This document shows positions 59,423 to 64,000 of a stretch of 64,000 nt of DNA, in pieces. Each line of letters opens with the position of its first letter. The stretch's first letter is position 1. The position numbers and the translations under genes are program-made. The DNA is from Rhodoferax sp. Its GTDB lineage: Bacteria > Pseudomonadota > Gammaproteobacteria > Burkholderiales > Burkholderiaceae_C. The stretch is taken from positions 5,282 to 69,281 of the forward strand of contig NZ_JAGPBB010000008.1 in the NCBI RefSeq assembly GCF_018063565.1, in the 5' to 3' direction. The notes beneath the pieces are model-generated. The model saw only the letters and a program-made list of their open reading frames with translations, did no database searches and was not told the DNA's origin.

Positions 59423-61453
59423 TCACTCCAGCAAGATCTCGGGTCGCAAGCCCGCTTGCAGCACCACCGCCTGCCATTTTTCGCTCTCGGCCATCAACAG
59501 GTCATGCAATTCACCGGGTGATGATGTCAGCACCTGCGCACCATCGGCTTGCATGCGCGCAGCGATGTCGGGGTCGCCCAGCACCTGGTTGAGCGCTGCA
59601 TTGAGTTGGCGCACCACCGACGCGGGCGTCTTGGCGGGCGCAAACAATGCGTACCACTGCGTCAACTCGACCCCAGCCACACCGGCCTCCAGCAGAGTGG
59701 GCACGTCGGGCAGCGCCGGCAGACGGCTGGCACCAGCCACGGCCAGCGCCCTGAGCCTGCCGCTGCGCAGGTAGGGCTGCGCGGTGAACAGGCTCGGAAA
59801 CATCACTTGCACCAGACCGTTGGCCACATCGGCAATGGCCGGTGCGGCGCCGGAAAAATCGACCTTTAGCAGTTGCGTCCCGGTTTGCAGCTTGAACAAC
59901 TCCGCAGCGAAATGTGGCACCGTGCCTTCGCCAGCCGAGGCATAACTCATGCGGGCGGGCGAATCCCGCAACAGCCGGACCAGTTCCTGCACCGTGTGCA
60001 CGGGCAGATCCGCATTCACCACCAGCAGCGTGGGCGAGTAACCAATGCGACCGATCGGCGCAAAGTCGGCCATCGGGTCATAACGCAGCTTTTGTAGCGC
60101 CGGGTTGATGCCATGCGTGGCGATGTAGCCAAACAGCAGGGTGTGGCCATCAGGCTGGGCAGCGGCCACATACTCGCTGGCGATGGTGCCATTGGCACCG
60201 GCCCGGTTGTCCACCACCACGGGCTGACCCAGCAACGGCCCGAGCTTGCGCGTCAGGGTGCGTGCCATGGTGTCGTTGCCACCCCCGGCGCTGGTGGGCA
60301 CGATGATGTGTACCTCGCGCTGAGGAAATTGACGCTGGCTGGGTGCGGCACTGGTGGTGCCCAGGGCTGCCGGCGCTGGCGGGAACACATAACCTGGCAG
60401 GTGCAGCACACCCTGCATGATCTTGCGCACGGTGCGCACCAGTGCGGCGCTTTGCACGCTGGCTTGTTCGCCCACGCCCTTCAACGTGACTTCCACATCA
60501 ATCTGGCCGGCCGGGTGCAGCACCATCAGACTGTGCCGACCTGTCGCCATGGCGGCTCCGCTGGCCACCGTGCCGGGCAGGGCAAAGGCGGTGGCAACGC
60601 CGATGGCACCGGTCACAGCGTGTGAGGCATGGCATTTGTGCGGGGTGAAATAGCGCGAGGTGATGCTGTTGGGCGAGTCACCGGCACTCACCAGCACCGG
60701 CTTGGGCACCACGCTGCCCGATACATCACCCAGCCCCATGCGCTGACCGGCCTGGAGCCGCAGTAACTCAATGCGCGCCAGCAGAGCGGTGTTGGCATCC
60801 AACTCTGCCGGTCGCTCGCGGCCGCTCAAGCCCAGATCGGCTGCACGCAGCATCATCAGCGGCATGGCCGCATCAATACAAGTGACCTGCAGGCCGTCAA
60901 TGGTATCGATGCGAGCACCGGTGGGAAACAGCTTTCCGGTCACCGAACCCCAGGCATCCAAAAAATTTAGCAGCACCGGGGCGGCTGTACCCGCGACGCC
61001 GTCAATGCGCGCATCCCCTTCATAAGTGACCTTGCCGCCGGGGGTGCACACGGTCACGTCGATTTTGGAGCGGGTATTGACGTTGTAAACCCGCACCGTC
61101 GTGCTGCCGTCCTGCGCCGGAATCAGGCCCTGGTCAAGCGCAAACGGGGCCACGCCCGACAGCATATTGCCGCAATTGGGTCGGGTGTCGACCGACTGGT
61201 GCCCCACGCCCACTTGGGCAAACAGGTAGTCCAGATCGCAGTCGGGTTGGGTCGAGCGTGACACGATGGCCACCTTGCTGTTGAGTGTGCTGCCTCCCCC
61301 CAGCCCGTCGAGCTGCAGCGGGTCAGACGCGCCAATGGCGCCGATCAGCGCCTGGTTGCGCGCTTCGTCGCCTTCAGGCAACCAGTCGCGCAGAAAAAAC
61401 GGCCCGCGCGAGGTGCCAGCGCGCATCAGCACGCAGGGAATCGACAGCGTCAT
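59423..61453 (-). CDS. Fusion protein: PrpF-family isomerase (aa 1-357) + Bug/TctC-family tricarboxylate-binding domain (aa ~376-676) without a signal peptide
   Basis: PrpF-like region: IPCVLMRAGTSRGPFF, RPNCGNMLSG, TPHKCHASHAVTGA. Bug-like region: FPQREVHIIVPTSAGGGNDTMAR, VVVDNRAGANG, PDGHTLLFGY. The ATG at 61453 lies 1 nt after the tcuB stop. Confidence 0.8.
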   Translation of the reverse strand: MTLSIPCVLMRAGTSRGPFFLRDWLPEGDEARNQALIGAIGASDPLQLDGLGGGSTLNSKVAIVSRSTQPDCDLDYLFAQVGVGHQSVDTRPNCGNMLSGVAPFALDQGLIPAQDGSTTVRVYNVNTRSKIDVTVCTPGGKVTYEGDARIDGVAGTAAPVLLNFLDAWGSVTGKLFPTGARIDTIDGLQVTCIDAAMPLMMLRAADLGLSGRERPAELDANTALLARIELLRLQAGQRMGLGDVSGSVVPKPVLVSAGDSPNSITSRYFTPHKCHASHAVTGAIGVATAFALPGTVASGAAMATGRHSLMVLHPAGQIDVEVTLKGVGEQASVQSAALVRTVRKIMQGVLHLPGYVFPPAPAALGTTSAAPSQRQFPQREVHIIVPTSAGGGNDTMARTLTRKLGPLLGQPVVVDNRAGANGTIASEYVAAAQPDGHTLLFGYIATHGINPALQKLRYDPMADFAPIGRIGYSPTLLVVNADLPVHTVQELVRLLRDSPARMSYASAGEGTVPHFAAELFKLQTGTQLLKVDFSGAAPAIADVANGLVQVMFPSLFTAQPYLRSGRLRALAVAGASRLPALPDVPTLLEAGVAGVELTQWYALFAPAKTPASVVRQLNAALNQVLGDPDIAARMQADGAQVLTSSPGELHDLLMAESEKWQAVVLQAGLRPEILLE

Positions 61454-61454
61454 G

Positions 61455-62627
61455 TCAGTCGTCTCCCAGGGCCAAGGTACTGGGCTGGCGTTTTTCGACC
61501 GCGTAGCGCAGCAGCGACGCGGTGCGGAAGATGCCGTGGGCAAACTTGCCATAGGGCATCGTGGCAAACAGCGCCATCACGACACCCAGGTGCAATGCCA
61601 ACAAAAGCGCCAGCGCGGGTGTGCTGCGCCCCAACCACAGCAGCAGACCCGTGAGACTGGTCAAAAACAGCAGCGCGATAAAGCCGTAATCCATGGGCTT
61701 CTGGGCCGCGTCGCCATGCAATGGGTGGCGACTCAGCTTGAGCCTGAACAAACCCACGGTGCCCAGCAACAGACTGACGCCACCGGCCACGCCCAGCAGT
61801 TTGGGCAGACTAGGCAGGTCGTATGGCGCATGCCAGCCCAAGGCGTAGTGGTAAATCGTGGCCACAGCGGTGGCGGCAAAACACAGCATAAAGCCGTAAA
61901 ACGTCAAATGATGGGATCGGCTGCGCGACAGGGTGTAGGCGTCGTCCTCGTTGTGGCAGCCCTCGCCGTGGCCGCCGTCAAGGTACTTGAGTGTCAGCAC
62001 ATCGCGCGTGGCTTGCCGGGCATCACCACCGGCAATGGCTTGCCCCGTGGTCGCCGGGGAAACATCCTGCAGGAAGCGCGTCACGCCAATGCCCAGCGCA
62101 AGTACCACCCAAAAGAAAACCGGCACAAACATCGACACCAGCAGGTTGTGCGGGAACAATTTGAAAAAATCACCCGCCACTTGCCCGCCCCACAGGCTGC
62201 CGTTGAAAGCCAGGGCCAGCATCAAAAACAGCGCCAAACCAGCGGCCAGCGCCAGCGACACGGTCAGACCGTTGCGCTGATACAGCTTGCCAAAGGCGGC
62301 CGGCCAGGCATAGGCTACATAGGTTTCACCACGCACCTGCGCCATGGCTTGCGGCACATTTACGGCAAATTCATGCGGCGGCGCGTACTGGCAGGCGTGC
62401 AGACAGGCACCGCAGTTGTGGCACAGGTTGGCCAGGTAATGCACATCGGCAGCGCCAAATTCGAGCCGCCGCGTCATCGCCGGGAACACGGCGCAAAAAC
62501 CTTCGCAGTAACGACAGGCGTTGCAGATTTGCAATTGCCTTGCGACCTCAGTCACCGCTGGAGAGGTCGGGCCATGGCCGGCAGCTGTCTGCCGGGCGTC
62601 TTGAATCAGGGCATCAAGCGTGTGCAT
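61455..62627 (-). CDS. tcuB: Tricarballylate utilization 4Fe-4S membrane protein TcuB
   Basis: Two Cys clusters ([22 protein letters not shown]) followed by about six TM helices. It sits immediately downstream of tcuA. Confidence 0.85.
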   Translation of the reverse strand: MHTLDALIQDARQTAAGHGPTSPAVTEVARQLQICNACRYCEGFCAVFPAMTRRLEFGAADVHYLANLCHNCGACLHACQYAPPHEFAVNVPQAMAQVRGETYVAYAWPAAFGKLYQRNGLTVSLALAAGLALFLMLALAFNGSLWGGQVAGDFFKLFPHNLLVSMFVPVFFWVVLALGIGVTRFLQDVSPATTGQAIAGGDARQATRDVLTLKYLDGGHGEGCHNEDDAYTLSRSRSHHLTFYGFMLCFAATAVATIYHYALGWHAPYDLPSLPKLLGVAGGVSLLLGTVGLFRLKLSRHPLHGDAAQKPMDYGFIALLFLTSLTGLLLWLGRSTPALALLLALHLGVVMALFATMPYGKFAHGIFRTASLLRYAVEKRQPSTLALGDD

Positions 62628-64000
62628 GTTTAGCTCCTGATTGAATAGCTTCTTGAGCAGACTGGGTGCCGGCTATACGGCCAAAAGCCGTACCAATCGA
62701 CATGCCGACACCGGCTGTGTAGCCCTTGCCAAGCACATTGCCGGCCATCATCTCGCCAGCCACAAACAGGTTGTCGCTGGGGATATCCTTAAAGCGCACC
62801 GCAGCCGTCTCGTCGGTTTTGAGACCCAGGTAGGTGAAAGTAACACCGGGACGCAACGCATAGGCGTAAAACGGTGCCGTGTCGATCGGTCGGGCCCAAT
62901 GGGTTTTGGCGGGCAACACGCCTTCGGTGTGGCAGTCGTCCAGCGCGGTGTGGTCAAAACTGCCCACCTGGCAAGCCTGGTTGTAACGCTTAAGGGTTTG
63001 CATAAACGTACTCACATCGAGCCCAAGCTGGCTGGCCAGTTCTTCCAGTGTCTGGGCTTTAACGCCCGGAAACACCGGTGGCATGAAGCGGCCAATGGCT
63101 TTGGCATCAATGATGGAATAGGCCTGTTGTCCGGGTTGCTGGGCCACCAGTCGCCCCCAGATCGCGTAGCGCTTGGGCCAAAAGTCTTCACCTTCGTCAT
63201 AAAAGCGCTGGGCCTCGCGGTTCACCACCACACCGAGTGACACACAGTCAATGCGGGTGCAGATGCCACCGTCGTACAGCGGTGCCCGCGCATCAATGGC
63301 CACCATGTGCGCCTGTGTCGGGTCGCCAATGGCATCGGCGCCATGGTCACCCAGCATATGACGCAGCAGGACGCCCTGGTTGAACTTCGTGCCGCGAATC
63401 AAAAAGTTGTCCGACGGGGTTTCGCCCCGGTCGTTGACACCCCAGGCCTCACGCAGCCAGTCACGGTTGGACTCGAAGCCGCCAGCTGCCAGCACGCAGG
63501 CACGGGCGGTGATGCGCTCGGTGCTAGTGCTGCCGTCGGGGTGCTGGGTCGACACATGAGCCGCGACAAAATGGCCGTTCTCGATCTCCAGCCGGTTCAC
63601 CGGCGCGTTGTAGCGCACTTGCACCCCCAGCTTTTCAGCGCTGCGATAGTAGGCGTTGACCAGCGCCTTGCCGCCGCCCATAAAAAAGGCATTGGTGCGC
63701 GCCGTGTGCAAGGCCCCCGAGAGCGAGGGCTGAAAGTGCACGCCGTGGCTGCGCATCCACGGGCGGCAGGTGCTGGAGTCGCGGATCACGCGCCGGGCCA
63801 GTTGCTCATTGGTGATGCCGCCGGTCACCTTGATTAGGTCTTGCCAGAATTCTTCTTCGGGGTAGGCATCGACCAGCACATCTTGAGGTGCGTCGTGCAT
63901 GCAGCGCAGATTGCGGGTGTGGGCCGAGTTGCCGCCACGCCATTCGCGCGGGGCCGCTTCCAGCAGCAGCACACTGGCGCCCGCCTCGCGCGCCATCAGC
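62614..64000 (-). CDS. tcuA: FAD-dependent tricarballylate dehydrogenase TcuA; about 20 N-terminal codons lie outside the window
   Basis: ..[35 protein letters not shown].. is a flavoprotein of the FrdA/SdhA-like fold, with TcuA-type motifs through to the C-terminus. It overlaps the tcuB start by 14 nt. Confidence 0.85.
   Translation of the reverse strand, partial: LMAREAGASVLLLEAAPREWRGGNSAHTRNLRCMHDAPQDVLVDAYPEEEFWQDLIKVTGGITNEQLARRVIRDSSTCRPWMRSHGVHFQPSLSGALHTARTNAFFMGGGKALVNAYYRSAEKLGVQVRYNAPVNRLEIENGHFVAAHVSTQHPDGSTSTERITARACVLAAGGFESNRDWLREAWGVNDRGETPSDNFLIRGTKFNQGVLLRHMLGDHGADAIGDPTQAHMVAIDARAPLYDGGICTRIDCVSLGVVVNREAQRFYDEGEDFWPKRYAIWGRLVAQQPGQQAYSIIDAKAIGRFMPPVFPGVKAQTLEELASQLGLDVSTFMQTLKRYNQACQVGSFDHTALDDCHTEGVLPAKTHWARPIDTAPFYAYALRPGVTFTYLGLKTDETAAVRFKDIPSDNLFVAGEMMAGNVLGKGYTAGVGMSIGTAFGRIAGTQSAQEAIQSGAKHAHA

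Overview
High-GC, mostly core chromosomal segment, probably from a betaproteobacterium (Burkholderiales, Comamonadaceae-like; this is inferred from gene content and order). I support about 48 protein genes and found no rRNA, tRNA, CRISPR array, IS element, integrase or prophage genes. On the + strand: ompA-like, an orphan ORF, MaoC-pta, ackA, rsuA, an EI24-like gene, a CinA-like gene, glnA-DUF4124-ntrB-ntrC, yihY, rmuC plus a beta-propeller lipoprotein, PAS-GGDEF-EAL, CBS, aroC, yegQ, arfB, a yhgE remnant, SBP-GGDEF, rbgA and a DHH phosphoesterase. On the - strand: gyrA (partial), a long co-directional run (DUF2069, FAD oxidase, ccdA/ccdB remnant, thyA, MFS, DMT, folA, xthA, hybrid kinase, HD-GYP regulator), a second alpha/beta-hydrolase + hybrid kinase + HD-GYP module, metY, a DsbG-like gene, ppdK, GGDEF-EAL-CZB + hemerythrin, a FadH-dienoyl-CoA isomerase fusion, and tcuA(partial)-tcuB-PrpF::Bug. 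The items most worth a second look are: (1) a PrpF isomerase fused to a Bug/TctC binding domain that lacks a signal peptide, at the end of the tcuAB cluster; (2) FadH fused to a dienoyl-CoA isomerase through an AT-rich linker that looks like an intergenic repeat; (3) a GGDEF-EAL protein with a full zinc-binding CZB motif, co-transcribed with a bacteriohemerythrin; (4) a deletion-scarred ccdAB module with an operator-like palindrome, translationally coupled to thyA; (5) a recurrent AT-rich intergenic element. Many long ORFs in the six-frame track are antisense shadow ORFs typical of high-GC DNA, and I rejected them.
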